From NCBI GenBank assembly GCA_964291495.2, contig OZ219871.1, positions 1,344,001 to 1,408,000 on the forward strand: 64,000 nucleotides of DNA, written 5' to 3'. Position 1 is the first letter of the stretch; the number at the start of each line of letters is the position of its first letter. Both the position numbers and the translations under genes were made by a program. A model generated the notes under the pieces. That model made no database searches, was not told the origin of the DNA, and saw only the letters and a list, made by a program, of their open reading frames with translations. The stretch comes from Dehalococcoidia bacterium. GTDB taxonomy: Bacteria; Chloroflexota; Dehalococcoidia; UBA2979. Of this stretch, positions 9,352 through 18,745 are shown in pieces.

Positions 9352-10796
9352 TTCCGAGCCTGCGCGAATCCTGCGGCGTGATGGGCATCTTCGCCCCCGG
9401 CGAGGATGTGGCTCGACTCACCTTCTTCGGCCTGCACTCCCTCCAGCATCGCGGGCAGGAGTCCGCCGGGATCGCCACCGCCAACGGCAAGCCGGGGGTG
9501 CAGCGCTTCGCCGAGATGGGCCTGGTTACCCAGATCTTCCACGAGGAGGTCCTGGAGGACCTCCAGGGCACGCACGCGATCGGTCACACGCGCTACTCGA
9601 CGACCGGGTCGAGCACCCACGCCAACATGCAGCCGCTGATCGTCTCCGGCCCGCAGGGCGAGCTCGCGCTCGCGCACAACGGCAACGTCGTCAACGCCGA
9701 CCTGCTGCGCAGCGACCTCATCGAGCGCGGCGTCGGGTTCGAGACCGGCACGGACTCCGAGGTGCTCGCGCAGCTCCTCGCGAACGCGCCCGGCGGCGAC
9801 TGGGAGCAGCGCTTCAGCTACGTGATGCGGCGCGCCTCCGGCGCCTACTCGCTGACGCTGCTCACGCAGGATGCGCTGTTCGGCGTGCGCGACCCGCTCG
9901 GCATCCGCCCGCTCTGTCTCGGTCGCCTCGGCGGCGGCTGGGTGCTCGCCTCGGAGACCTGCGCGCTGGACACGCTCGGCGCGGAGTTCGTGCGCGAGAT
10001 CGAGCCCGGCGAGGTCGTGCGCATCGACGGAGCCGGCGTGCAGTCCTGGCGCTACGAGGGCGAGCGTCCCGAGGGCCCCTCGCTCTGCCTGCTGGAGCAC
10101 ATCTACTTCGCCCGCCCGGACTCGAAGCTGCAGGGCGAGCGGCTGTACCCGGTGCGCATGCGGATGGGCGCGCAGCTCGCGCGCGAGCATCCCGCGCCCG
10201 GCGACGTCGTGATCGGCATCCCGGACTCGGCGACCGCCGCCGCCGTCGGCTACGCGCAGGAGTCCGGCATCCCCTACGTCGAGGGCCTCGTGAAGAACCG
10301 GTACGTCGGGCGCACCTTCATCCAGCCCGACCAGCGGCTGCGCGATCGAGGCGTGGAGCTGAAGTTCAACCCGCTGCCCGAGTTGCTCGGCGGCCAGCGC
10401 GTGGTCGTCGTCGACGACACGATCGTCCGAGGCACGACCACGCCGCGCGTGGTGGCGATGCTGCGCAAGGCCGGGGCCAGCGAGGTGCACATGCGCATCA
10501 CCTCGCCGCCGATCACGCACCCCTGCTTCTACGGCGTCGACATGGCGACGCGCGGCGAGCTGATCGGCTCGCATCTTGAGATCGAGGAGATCCGCGAACA
10601 CATTGGCGCGGACTCCCTCGGCTACCTCTCGCTGGAGGGAACGGTCGGCGCGACCGGCCAGCAGCGCGACGCGCTCTGCGCGGCCTGCTTCAGCGGGCGC
10701 TACCCGAGCGCCGTGCCGCTGCAGCTCGACAAGTTCGCCCTCGAGAGCGGCGGCTCGATCGACCGGCACGCGGTGCCGCTGCGCGCCGTCCACTGA
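9348..10796 (+). CDS. purF: Amidophosphoribosyltransferase (propeptide- and Fe-S-containing type)
   Basis: ESCGVMG, LQHRGQE, HTRYST, VDDTIVRGTT, PCFYGVD and CAAC. Confidence 0.97.
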   Translation: MIPSLRESCGVMGIFAPGEDVARLTFFGLHSLQHRGQESAGIATANGKPGVQRFAEMGLVTQIFHEEVLEDLQGTHAIGHTRYSTTGSSTHANMQPLIVSGPQGELALAHNGNVVNADLLRSDLIERGVGFETGTDSEVLAQLLANAPGGDWEQRFSYVMRRASGAYSLTLLTQDALFGVRDPLGIRPLCLGRLGGGWVLASETCALDTLGAEFVREIEPGEVVRIDGAGVQSWRYEGERPEGPSLCLLEHIYFARPDSKLQGERLYPVRMRMGAQLAREHPAPGDVVIGIPDSATAAAVGYAQESGIPYVEGLVKNRYVGRTFIQPDQRLRDRGVELKFNPLPELLGGQRVVVVDDTIVRGTTTPRVVAMLRKAGASEVHMRITSPPITHPCFYGVDMATRGELIGSHLEIEEIREHIGADSLGYLSLEGTVGATGQQRDALCAACFSGRYPSAVPLQLDKFALESGGSIDRHAVPLRAVH

Positions 10797-10863
10797 GCAC
10801 CATTGAGGATGGAGTGCGGGGTATGATCCGGCCCGGCCCGACGCCTCCCCCGGAGCCCGCGCG

Positions 10864-11937
10864 ATGAGCGCCTCGACCGAACGCCCGCCCACCCCGCTGC
10901 GCTACGCCGACGCGGGCGTCGACGTGCAGGCCGCCGAGGCGAGCATCGGCGACCTGCGGCTGATCGCCGAACGGGCGAGCCGCCCCGAGGTGCTCGGCGG
11001 AGTCGGCGCCTTCGCCGGGCTGTTCCGCCTCGGCGCCGGGCACTACCGCGACCCGGTGCTCGTCGCCAGCGCCGACGGCGTCGGCACCAAGGTGCTGATC
11101 GCCGGCGCGCTCGGACGCTACGAGGGCGTCGGGCAGGACCTCGTGAACCACTGCGTCAACGACATCCTCACCGCCGGCGCCGAGCCGCTCTTCTTCCTCG
11201 ACTATCTCGCGACGGCCGGCCTCGCGCAGGAGCGGCGGCTCGAGCTCGTCGCCGGGATCGGCGCGGCCTGCGAGGAGAACGGCGTGGCCCTGCTCGGCGG
11301 CGAGACGGCCGACATGCCGGACCTCTACTCGCCCGGCGACTACGACCTCGCCGGCTTCATCGTCGGCGTCGCCGAGCGCGAGGCGATCCTCGACGGCTCG
11401 GCGATCGACGAGGGCGACGTGCTGATCGCGCTGCCCTCGACTGGGTTGCAGACGAACGGCTACTCGCTTGTGCGCGAGATCTTCGGCATCGCCAAGGGTC
11501 TCGGCGAGGAGCGCGACCGCGAGCTGCTGGACGAGCGCGTCGAGGAGCTCGGCGGCACGCTCGGCGAGGCGCTGCTGGCGGTGCACGGCTCCTTCCTCGA
11601 GGTCGTGCGGCCACTGCTGCCGCGCCTGCGCGGCATGGCGCACATCACGGGCGGTGGGCTGCCGGGCAACGTGCCGCGGATGCTGCCCGAGGGCCTGCGC
11701 GCGCACCTCGACGTCGCGAGCTGGGAGCCGCCGCCGCTGTTCGCGCACATCCAGCGCGCCGGCGGCATCGAGGACGGCGAGATGTTCCGCACGTTCAACA
11801 TGGGTATCGGCATGGTGCTCGTCGCGTCGCCCCCGGACGCGGCCACCGTGCTGGAGGCGGCGCCGGGCAGCTGGCGCTGCGGCGTCGTCGAGCGCCGCGC
11901 CGAGGGCGCGCCGGCAGTCGCCGGGTTACCGGAGTAG
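10864..11937 (+). CDS. purM: Phosphoribosylformylglycinamidine cyclo-ligase
   Basis: YADAGVD, ADGVGTK, GGETA, HITGGG and RTFNMGIG. Confidence 0.97.
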   Translation: MSASTERPPTPLRYADAGVDVQAAEASIGDLRLIAERASRPEVLGGVGAFAGLFRLGAGHYRDPVLVASADGVGTKVLIAGALGRYEGVGQDLVNHCVNDILTAGAEPLFFLDYLATAGLAQERRLELVAGIGAACEENGVALLGGETADMPDLYSPGDYDLAGFIVGVAEREAILDGSAIDEGDVLIALPSTGLQTNGYSLVREIFGIAKGLGEERDRELLDERVEELGGTLGEALLAVHGSFLEVVRPLLPRLRGMAHITGGGLPGNVPRMLPEGLRAHLDVASWEPPPLFAHIQRAGGIEDGEMFRTFNMGIGMVLVASPPDAATVLEAAPGSWRCGVVERRAEGAPAVAGLPE

Positions 11938-11952
11938 CGAGGGGGAGACACG

Positions 11953-13518
11953 ATGCGCGCGATCCTGAGCGCCTACGACAAGACGGGCATCACCGGGCTG
12001 GCACAGGGCCTGCACGACCTCGGCTGGGAGCTGTTCTCCACCGGCCGCACGCAGGCCGCCATCGCCGAGGCGGGCGTGCCCGTGGAGAGCATCGCGACGA
12101 TGACCGGCAGCCCCGAGATGCTCGAGGGGCGCGTGAAGACGCTGCATCCGAAGGTGCACGGCGGCCTGCTCGCGCGCCGCGACCGCGAGGACGACGCGGC
12201 GGAGCTGGCGACGCACGGCATCGACCCGATCGACCTCGTGGCGGTGAACCTCTATCCCTTCATCGAGACCGTGAGCGGCACCGACGTCAGCCTTGCCGAG
12301 GCGCTCGAGGAGATAGACATCGGCGGCCCGACCATGATCCGCGCGGCGGCCAAGAACCACCCGTGGGTGATCCCGGTCGTCGACCCCGCGGACTACGAGA
12401 TGATCCTCGAGGCGTTGAGCGCGGGCGGGCTCGACGCCGGGGCGCGGCGCGCGCTGGCGGCGAAGGCGTTCGCGCACGTCTCGCACTACGACGCCGCGAT
12501 CGCTGAGTACCTGCGCGGCGAGGACGACCTGCTGCCGGAGCAGCTGACGCTGGCGATGACCCGCGTGGAGGTGATGCGTTACGGCGAGAACCCGCACCAG
12601 CAGGGTGCGTTCTACACGCTCGACTCCGTCCGCCAGCCCGTGGAGGGCATCGGCGGCTTCGAGCAGCACCACGGGCAGGGCATGTCGTACGTCAACTTCC
12701 TCGATGCCGACGCCGCATTCAATCTCGTTTGCGACGTCGAGGGCGCTGCGGTGGCGATCATCAAGCACACGAACCCCGCCTGCTTCGCCGCGGGCGCCGA
12801 GGGCGACGCGCTCGCGCCGCTCTACGAGCGCTCGCTGGCCGAGGGCGACTACGTCTCGGCGTACGGCGGCATCGTCGCGGTCAACCGCCCGATCGACTTC
12901 GAGATGGCGGACGCGCTGCGCCAGGTACGTAATCCCGAGTCTGGTGTGCGCATGCGCTACGACATCGTGATCGCGCCGGGCTATACCGAGGACGGCCTGG
13001 AGCACCTGAAGAAGAAGTCGAGGGACCTGCGCATTCTCGAGGCGCCGCCGGGCGAGCCCCGGCGTGAGCGCATCGAGGCTCGCGGCATCCGCGGCGCGAT
13101 GCTGCTGCAGACGGCCGATGTCTCCGAGGAAACGACATTCGACCTCACGAGCGAGCGCGAGCCCTCGGGGGCGGAGCTCGAGGATCTGCGGCTCGCCTGG
13201 GTGGTGTGCAAGCACGTGAAGTCCAACGCCGTCGTGTTCGTGAAGGACGGCGTGCTGATCGGCATGGGCGCCGGTCAGCCCAACCGCGTCGGAAGCGCCC
13301 GGCTCTGCCAGCAGCAGGCGGGCGAGCGGGCGCGGGGCGCGGTTGCCGCGACGGACGCGTTCATCCCCTTCCCCGACACCATCGAGGTGTGCGCCGAGGC
13401 CGGTTGCACGGTAGTCGCCCACACCGGCGGCTCGATCCGCGACGAGGACTCGATCGAGACCGCGAACCGCCTCGGCGTCTCGCTGGTAGCAACCGGAGCG
13501 CGCCACTTCCGCCACTAG
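11953..13518 (+). CDS. purH: Bifunctional AICAR transformylase / IMP cyclohydrolase
   Basis: GRVKTLHP, IDIGGP, RYGENPHQ, KHVKSNA and C-terminal RHFRH. Confidence 0.97.
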   Translation: MRAILSAYDKTGITGLAQGLHDLGWELFSTGRTQAAIAEAGVPVESIATMTGSPEMLEGRVKTLHPKVHGGLLARRDREDDAAELATHGIDPIDLVAVNLYPFIETVSGTDVSLAEALEEIDIGGPTMIRAAAKNHPWVIPVVDPADYEMILEALSAGGLDAGARRALAAKAFAHVSHYDAAIAEYLRGEDDLLPEQLTLAMTRVEVMRYGENPHQQGAFYTLDSVRQPVEGIGGFEQHHGQGMSYVNFLDADAAFNLVCDVEGAAVAIIKHTNPACFAAGAEGDALAPLYERSLAEGDYVSAYGGIVAVNRPIDFEMADALRQVRNPESGVRMRYDIVIAPGYTEDGLEHLKKKSRDLRILEAPPGEPRRERIEARGIRGAMLLQTADVSEETTFDLTSEREPSGAELEDLRLAWVVCKHVKSNAVVFVKDGVLIGMGAGQPNRVGSARLCQQQAGERARGAVAATDAFIPFPDTIEVCAEAGCTVVAHTGGSIRDEDSIETANRLGVSLVATGARHFRH

Positions 13519-13579
13519 TTTGCGATTCGCTCCGGCCCCCTCGGAAGCCTCGAGGGCGCACCGAACCTCGCGAGCGGCG

Positions 13580-13716
13580 ATCCGGCCCCCTCTCCTGGGG
13601 GAGAGGGTTGGGGTGAGGGGGCTCGCCTCGCCGTCGCCGTCCTCGCCGGGTTGTTGCGCCCGCGGCGGCATCCTCCCTCGCCCTCCGCCCTCTCCCTCGG
13701 GGCGAGGGGACCGGAT
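13580..13716. repeat. Imperfect inverted repeat pair, REP/MITE-like (CCCTCTCC..GGGAGAGGG palindrome family)
   Basis: Left arm 13580-13620 atccggccccctctcctgggggagagggttggggtgagggg; right arm 13675-13716 reverse-complements to atccggtcccctcgccccgagggagagggcggagggcgaggg. Each arm is itself a hairpin. Confidence 0.75.
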
Positions 13717-13799
13717 GCTCCTCTGCATCCGCCTGCGGACGCCGTGGGCAACGGTCCGGTTGCCCCGAACGCGTCATAACCCGCTACGATTGGCGCACG

Positions 13800-14552
13800 A
13801 TGGCGAACGTCGACCTCGTGCTGCCGGTCTACAACGAGGAGCTGATCCTCGCGCAGAGCGTCGCGCGCGTTCTCGAATGGACGGACGCGCACCCGGAGCA
13901 CGACTGGCGCATCGTCGTCGCCGACAACGCCTCGACGGACCGCACGTTCCAGATCGCGCGCGAGCTGGAGGAGGAGCACGGCGGCGAGGAGGGCGGGCGC
14001 TTCGTCGCGCTGCACATCCCGGTCAAGGGGCGTGGCATCGCGCTGCGCGTCAGCTGGCTGACCTCGCCCGCGGACGTGCTCGCCTACATGGACGTCGATC
14101 TCTCGACGGACCTGAAGCACATCCCGGCGCTGATCGACCCGATCGCCGCGGGCGAGGTGGACGTCAGCTACGGCACGCGGCTGCATCAGGACTCGGAGAC
14201 GGAGCGCTCGCTGCGCCGCGAGTTCACCTCGAGGACCTACGTGCAGATCCTGCGGCGGCTGGGGCGGCTCAACGTCACCGACGCGCAGTGCGGCTTCAAG
14301 GCGATCGGCCGCGAGCCCGCGCGGGCGCTGCTGCCGCTGGTGCGCGACACCGGCTGGTTCTTCGACTCGGAGCTGCTGCTGCTGGCGCAGGAGAATGGTT
14401 ACCGCCTGCGCGAGGTGCCCGTGCGCTGGATCGAGGATCGCGACAGCCGCGTCAAGATCCTGCACACGGCAATCGAGGACCTCAGGGGACTGTGGCGGCT
14501 GCGCATCGGCGGGGTGCCGCGCGTGCCGCAGCGCGGCGGCGGCGCCGGGTAG
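13800..14552 (+). CDS. GT2 glycosyltransferase (polyprenol-phosphate glycosyltransferase-like)
   Basis: VLPVYNEE, ADNASTDRT, KGRGIA, YMDVDLS, DAQCGFKA and WFFDSELL. Confidence 0.9.
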   Translation: MANVDLVLPVYNEELILAQSVARVLEWTDAHPEHDWRIVVADNASTDRTFQIARELEEEHGGEEGGRFVALHIPVKGRGIALRVSWLTSPADVLAYMDVDLSTDLKHIPALIDPIAAGEVDVSYGTRLHQDSETERSLRREFTSRTYVQILRRLGRLNVTDAQCGFKAIGREPARALLPLVRDTGWFFDSELLLLAQENGYRLREVPVRWIEDRDSRVKILHTAIEDLRGLWRLRIGGVPRVPQRGGGAG

Positions 14553-14618
14553 GCCGCCAGCGAGGGGTCGCCGCGCCCCGATCGGGCGCATTCCAGGCCG
14601 TCTCGGGCGCTCGAATCC

Positions 14619-14648
14619 TTGACCGTAGGAAAGGGGCGTCGCTAGGAT
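14619..14648 (+). promoter_or_regulatory. Putative sigma70-type promoter of the Rieske/cytochrome b operon
   Basis: TTGACC-18 nt-TAGGAT. Confidence 0.5.
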
Positions 14649-14722
14649 CGCGGCGCCTGGGAGCGGGGCGTTCGCCTCGCTGCGGCGGCTGCTTGCCTCG
14701 GGCAGCGAAAGAGGGGCGCTCC

Positions 14723-14830
14723 ATGATCTTCGGTGAAGTCGGAGAAGCGCTCGAACTCACCATCATCTTCTTCCTGATGATGGGAGCCTTCGCGACGCTC
14801 GTGCTGCTCGGCAAGTGGTGGGAAGCCTAG
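14723..14830 (+). CDS. 35-aa single-TM peptide, candidate small subunit of the Rieske/cytochrome b complex
   Basis: MIFGEVGEALELTIIFFLMMGAFATLVLLGKWWEA; GAGGGG RBS upstream; first gene after the promoter. Confidence 0.65.
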   Translation: MIFGEVGEALELTIIFFLMMGAFATLVLLGKWWEA

Positions 14831-14878
14831 AGACGGCGACAACCATCGGCTCGCGCGTGAGCTGATCGGGGGGAGCGG

Positions 14879-15634
14879 ATGGCGACGACCGAGCGCCCGC
14901 AGGGCCGACCGCTTGCTGATCGGCTGTACGACTTCACCGTCAACAACCGCGTCTGGCGTTCGATCATCCGCACCGGCTACCCGAACACGCCGCGCAACCA
15001 GATGCTCGCCGTCGCGACGAACGTCTTCCTGCACCTGCACCCGACGCGCATCCACCGCACGCACGTCAAGATCACGCACACCTACTGCCTCGGCGGCCTC
15101 TCCTTCTTCCTCTTCCTCGGGCTCACGATCACCGGCGTGCTGCTGATGTTCTATTACGTGCCCTCGGTCGAGCGGGCCTACCAGGACATGCAGGCGCTGC
15201 AGACGGACGTGCGCTTCGGGATGCTGATGCGCAACACGCACCGCTGGATGGCGCACGGCATGGTGATCACCGTGCTGATGCACATGATGCGCGTCTTCTA
15301 CACCGGCGCGTACAAGCCGCCTCGCGAGTTCAACTGGATCGTCGGCGTCGTGCTGCTCGTGCTCACGCTGCTGCTCTCCTTCACCGGCTACCTGCTGCCG
15401 TGGGATGAGCTGGCGTTCTGGGCGATCACCGTCGGCACGAACATGATCGGCTCCGACCCGGTCCTCGGCGAGGTCAACCAGTTCGTCATGATCGGCGGCT
15501 TCGAGGTCGGCCAGAACGCCCTGATCCGCTTCTACACCCTCCATGTGGTAGGACTGCCGCTGATTGCGGCGATCTTCATGGCCGTCCACTTCTGGCGAAT
15601 CCGCCGTGACGGCGGGCTCGCCCGGCCGCTGTAG
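14879..15634 (+). CDS. Cytochrome b6-type subunit (N-terminal cytochrome b)
   Basis: TYCLGG (heme ci Cys), [37 protein letters not shown] and RFYTLH...HF. Confidence 0.95.
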   Translation: MATTERPQGRPLADRLYDFTVNNRVWRSIIRTGYPNTPRNQMLAVATNVFLHLHPTRIHRTHVKITHTYCLGGLSFFLFLGLTITGVLLMFYYVPSVERAYQDMQALQTDVRFGMLMRNTHRWMAHGMVITVLMHMMRVFYTGAYKPPREFNWIVGVVLLVLTLLLSFTGYLLPWDELAFWAITVGTNMIGSDPVLGEVNQFVMIGGFEVGQNALIRFYTLHVVGLPLIAAIFMAVHFWRIRRDGGLARPL

Positions 15635-15673
15635 GCGCCGGGCGCAGGCGCGCGGAGAGGCGAAGGAACGCCG

Positions 15674-16609
15674 ATGGTCGCGGACGCACCCGCTCGCGGT
15701 CCCTCGAGGTCGCGCGGCGCCGTACCCAGCGCACGCCCGCGCCGCCAGCGCGAGGAAGAGCTGCTGGTCTGGCCGGACCTTGTCTTCGTCGAGTTCATCT
15801 CGGCGCTGGTCTTCACCCTCACGTTCGTCGCGCTCGCGATCCTGATCAACGCGCCGCTGCAGGACCGCGCGAACCCGGCCAACACGCCGAACCCCTCGAA
15901 GGCGCCGTGGTACTTCCTGAACCTGCAGGAGCTGCTGCTGCACATGCACCCGGCGCTCGCCGGGGTGATCGTGCCGACGGTCTTCCTGATCATCCTTGGC
16001 GCCGTGCCCTTCTTCGACACCTCGAACGAGGGTCAGGGGCAGTGGCTGAGCACGCCGCGCGCCTGGCCGAACGTGATCGTCGGCTTCATCGTCGGCACCA
16101 TCGGCACCTGGGCGCTGATCATCTACAACTCGGGCAAGCACATCGTCGTGTTCGAGCGCTTCACGTTCGACGCCGACAGCTTCGACAACTTCCCGCCGCT
16201 GATCGTCGACGAGCGGCTGCGGGCGTGGCCGGAGAGCCTGAACTGGCTGACCAGCGTTCGAGCGCTGCAGACGGAGATCAACTGGCCGAGCGAGCTGGAG
16301 ACGATCCCCCTCGGCGAGACGTTCGTTCGCACGGACCTGCTGGGGCTGCCGCGCGGCAGCATCCAGTGGAACTTCCCGGCCTGGATTGTCGAGCAGGCGA
16401 TCCCGGTCAACCTGATGGTCGGCTTGCCGCTGCTGCTCTGCCTCGTCGCCTGGCGCCTCGGGCTGGCGAAGACACGGCGCGACTTCATGATCCTGCTGTT
16501 CTCCGGCTGGCTGGGCTCCTACCTGGCGCTCACGATGGCCGGGACGTACTTCCGCGGCGAGGGCCTCGAGTTGCTCTGGCCGTGGGAGGTCCGGCCGGCC
16601 GAGTCATAG
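15674..16609 (+). CDS. Cytochrome b6f/bc subunit IV-like protein (C-terminal cytochrome b), extended
   Basis: VWPDL, ANPANTPNPSKAPWYF (PEWY-equivalent), VPFFD and further TM helices. Confidence 0.88.
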   Translation: MVADAPARGPSRSRGAVPSARPRRQREEELLVWPDLVFVEFISALVFTLTFVALAILINAPLQDRANPANTPNPSKAPWYFLNLQELLLHMHPALAGVIVPTVFLIILGAVPFFDTSNEGQGQWLSTPRAWPNVIVGFIVGTIGTWALIIYNSGKHIVVFERFTFDADSFDNFPPLIVDERLRAWPESLNWLTSVRALQTEINWPSELETIPLGETFVRTDLLGLPRGSIQWNFPAWIVEQAIPVNLMVGLPLLLCLVAWRLGLAKTRRDFMILLFSGWLGSYLALTMAGTYFRGEGLELLWPWEVRPAES

Positions 16610-16631
16610 TCGGCGGACGAGGGGTGCAGTA

Positions 16632-17315
16632 GTGACGAACGAGGCGGAAGGCGGAGGCGCTGCGGTGCAGGACGCTCCCGACCCCGGGCAGGTGACGGAC
16701 GCCTGGCGCGAGGCGATCGCCGCGCGCCGCACCCGCGCGCCCGAGGAGGCGCCGGTCCCGGCAGCGCAGGCGCGCCGCCCCACCGGCCCGATCACCTCGC
16801 GCCGCAACTTCATCCGCGCCTCCTTCTGGGGCGGGCTGGGGCTGGCGCTGCTCGGCCTCGTTGGCTCGCTGCTGGACTTCATGTACCCGCGGGGCATCAA
16901 GGGCTTCGGGGGTCCGGTGGCCGCCGGGAACATCGCCGAGTACCCGCCGGGCGGCGACCCGGTGCACTTCATCACCGGGCAGTTCTGGCTGGTGAACCTC
17001 GACCCGAACGAGACACGGCCGGGCGGCAGCGGCGGCGGCGCCGGGCTGCTCGCGCTCTGGCACAAGTGCCCGCACCTCGGCTGCACCGTGCCGTGGCGCT
17101 CCGGCTTCACCTACGACAACGACCAGGGCTGGTATCGCTGCCCCTGCCACGGCTCGACCTACACCAAGGCCGGCATTCGCGTGTTCGGCCCGGCCCCGCG
17201 CTCGATGACCACGATGAAGGTCGATGTCGACTCCGCGGGCAACGTCACCGTGCAGACCGGCGACCGCCTCGACGGTGGTCCCGACAACCCGCAGCGCGCG
17301 GGCCAGACCTCCTGA
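16632..17315 (+). CDS. Rieske [2Fe-2S] subunit with Tat-type anchor
   Basis: SRRNFI followed by a TM helix, CPHLGC and CPCHGS. Confidence 0.95.
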   Translation: MTNEAEGGGAAVQDAPDPGQVTDAWREAIAARRTRAPEEAPVPAAQARRPTGPITSRRNFIRASFWGGLGLALLGLVGSLLDFMYPRGIKGFGGPVAAGNIAEYPPGGDPVHFITGQFWLVNLDPNETRPGGSGGGAGLLALWHKCPHLGCTVPWRSGFTYDNDQGWYRCPCHGSTYTKAGIRVFGPAPRSMTTMKVDVDSAGNVTVQTGDRLDGGPDNPQRAGQTS

Positions 17316-17355
17316 TGCAGCAGGCCGACGGACGCTCTCGGGGAACTGAGGCGAG

Positions 17356-18531
17356 ATGAACACCAGCAAACAGGTCAACGTGATGATCGGGCTGCTGTTC
17401 GTGACCTTCGTCGTCACCGTCGGCTACCTCTTCAACGAGGCCAACCGCCAGGAGGTCGAGTCCGCCGAGATCAACGAGCGCAACGCCGAGCGTGGCGCGC
17501 GGCTGTTCGTGCAGAACTGCCGCAACTGCCACGGCCTCGATGGCTCTGGCAAGGATGCGAACGGCGTCGGCACCATCGGCGTCGCGCTGAACGCGCCGCA
17601 CTTCCTGATTCTCGGGGAGGACAACGTCTACGGCGCGCAGGCCACCTCCGAGAGCGTGGCGGAGAACATCCGCACCTACCTGAGCGAGACCATCACCTGC
17701 GGCCGCGTCGGCACGTACATGCCGAAGTGGGACATCCAGTTCGGCGGCTCGCTCTCGGCGACGCAGGTGGAGCAACTCGTCACGCTGATCGTGGGCGACC
17801 CCACCGGCAAGCATGACTTCTGGGAGCTCGTCCTCGAGGAGGGCGAGCACGCCGACGAGGAGCAGTACGGCGCGGTGCTCGAGGAGCGTTTCGCCCTCAC
17901 GGCGGTGCTCACGGCGCAGTTCGGCCGGGCCCCCACGGAGGAGGAGGTCGCCTCCTACAAGCAGCAGCTCACCTCGGAGCAGCTTGCGAGGGTCGTCGAG
18001 GACTACGGCCGACACCCGACCGCTGCGGAGATCTACGCGGAGAGCGAGCGGCAGACGCTCACCCGCGACGCGAGCACGATCACGATCACCACGGACAACT
18101 GCGGCCAGTTCTCCAACCCCGCGAAGCTCGCCTTCCGCACCCGCACCGATCCCCGGACGCAGGTGGGCCCGGCGACGCCCTCGGATGACGGCGGGGCCGC
18201 CCCGACCGCGGCGGCGACACCGACCACCCCGACCGCCGAACGGGGCGACGTCCTCGTCAACGCCCTCGGCTGCCTCGCCTGTCACACGCTGGACGGCACG
18301 GAGCTGGTCGGCCCGACGTGGCTGGGCGTCTACGGCCGCACGGAGCAACTCGAGGACGGCAGCAGCGTCGTCGTCGACGACGCCTACATCCGCGAGTCGA
18401 TCCGGATGCCGCAGGCGAAGATCGTCGCCGGGTTCGCAGAGGTCGCGGCCATGCCCGTGTTCGGCGAGGACGTCCTGAGCGACCTCGATCTCGAATCGAT
18501 CATCCTCTACCTGCAGTCGATCACCGAGTAG
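17356..18531 (+). CDS. Membrane-anchored diheme c-type cytochrome
   Basis: N-terminal TM; CRNCH with a downstream MP; Pro/Thr linker; second domain CLACH...VGPTW...YIRESI..P.AKIVAGF...MP. Confidence 0.9.
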   Translation: MNTSKQVNVMIGLLFVTFVVTVGYLFNEANRQEVESAEINERNAERGARLFVQNCRNCHGLDGSGKDANGVGTIGVALNAPHFLILGEDNVYGAQATSESVAENIRTYLSETITCGRVGTYMPKWDIQFGGSLSATQVEQLVTLIVGDPTGKHDFWELVLEEGEHADEEQYGAVLEERFALTAVLTAQFGRAPTEEEVASYKQQLTSEQLARVVEDYGRHPTAAEIYAESERQTLTRDASTITITTDNCGQFSNPAKLAFRTRTDPRTQVGPATPSDDGGAAPTAAATPTTPTAERGDVLVNALGCLACHTLDGTELVGPTWLGVYGRTEQLEDGSSVVVDDAYIRESIRMPQAKIVAGFAEVAAMPVFGEDVLSDLDLESIILYLQSITE

Positions 18532-18616
18532 AAGCGGCCCGCCGCCGCGCGAGGGCCAGGCGGCGAGCAGGGCGAACGAGACGGACTGGCGGGCCGACCC
18601 GCCGAAGGGGGAAGAG

Positions 18617-18736
18617 ATGGCAGAGGTCGAGACGGGAAAGCGCTACCGCTGCACGGCGTGCGGCGCGGAGTTCATCGTCACGCGCGGCGGCGAAGGCGTC
18701 CTTCGCTGCGGCGACAACGAGCTCGAGCAGATCTAG
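18617..18736 (+). CDS. 39-aa desulforedoxin-like metal-binding microprotein (not in ORF track)
   Basis: MAEVETGKRYRCTACGAEFIVTRGGEGVLRCGDNELEQI; AAGGGGG RBS. Confidence 0.8.
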   Translation: MAEVETGKRYRCTACGAEFIVTRGGEGVLRCGDNELEQI

Positions 18737-18745
18737 GAGCGTCCG

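Noticed and set aside
13520-14830. 436-aa plus-strand ORF spanning the repeat and the GT2 gene
   Set aside because: Alternate-frame read-through of a palindromic repeat and the glycosyltransferase. Only the last 35 codons (from ATG 14723, with RBS) look like a real gene.
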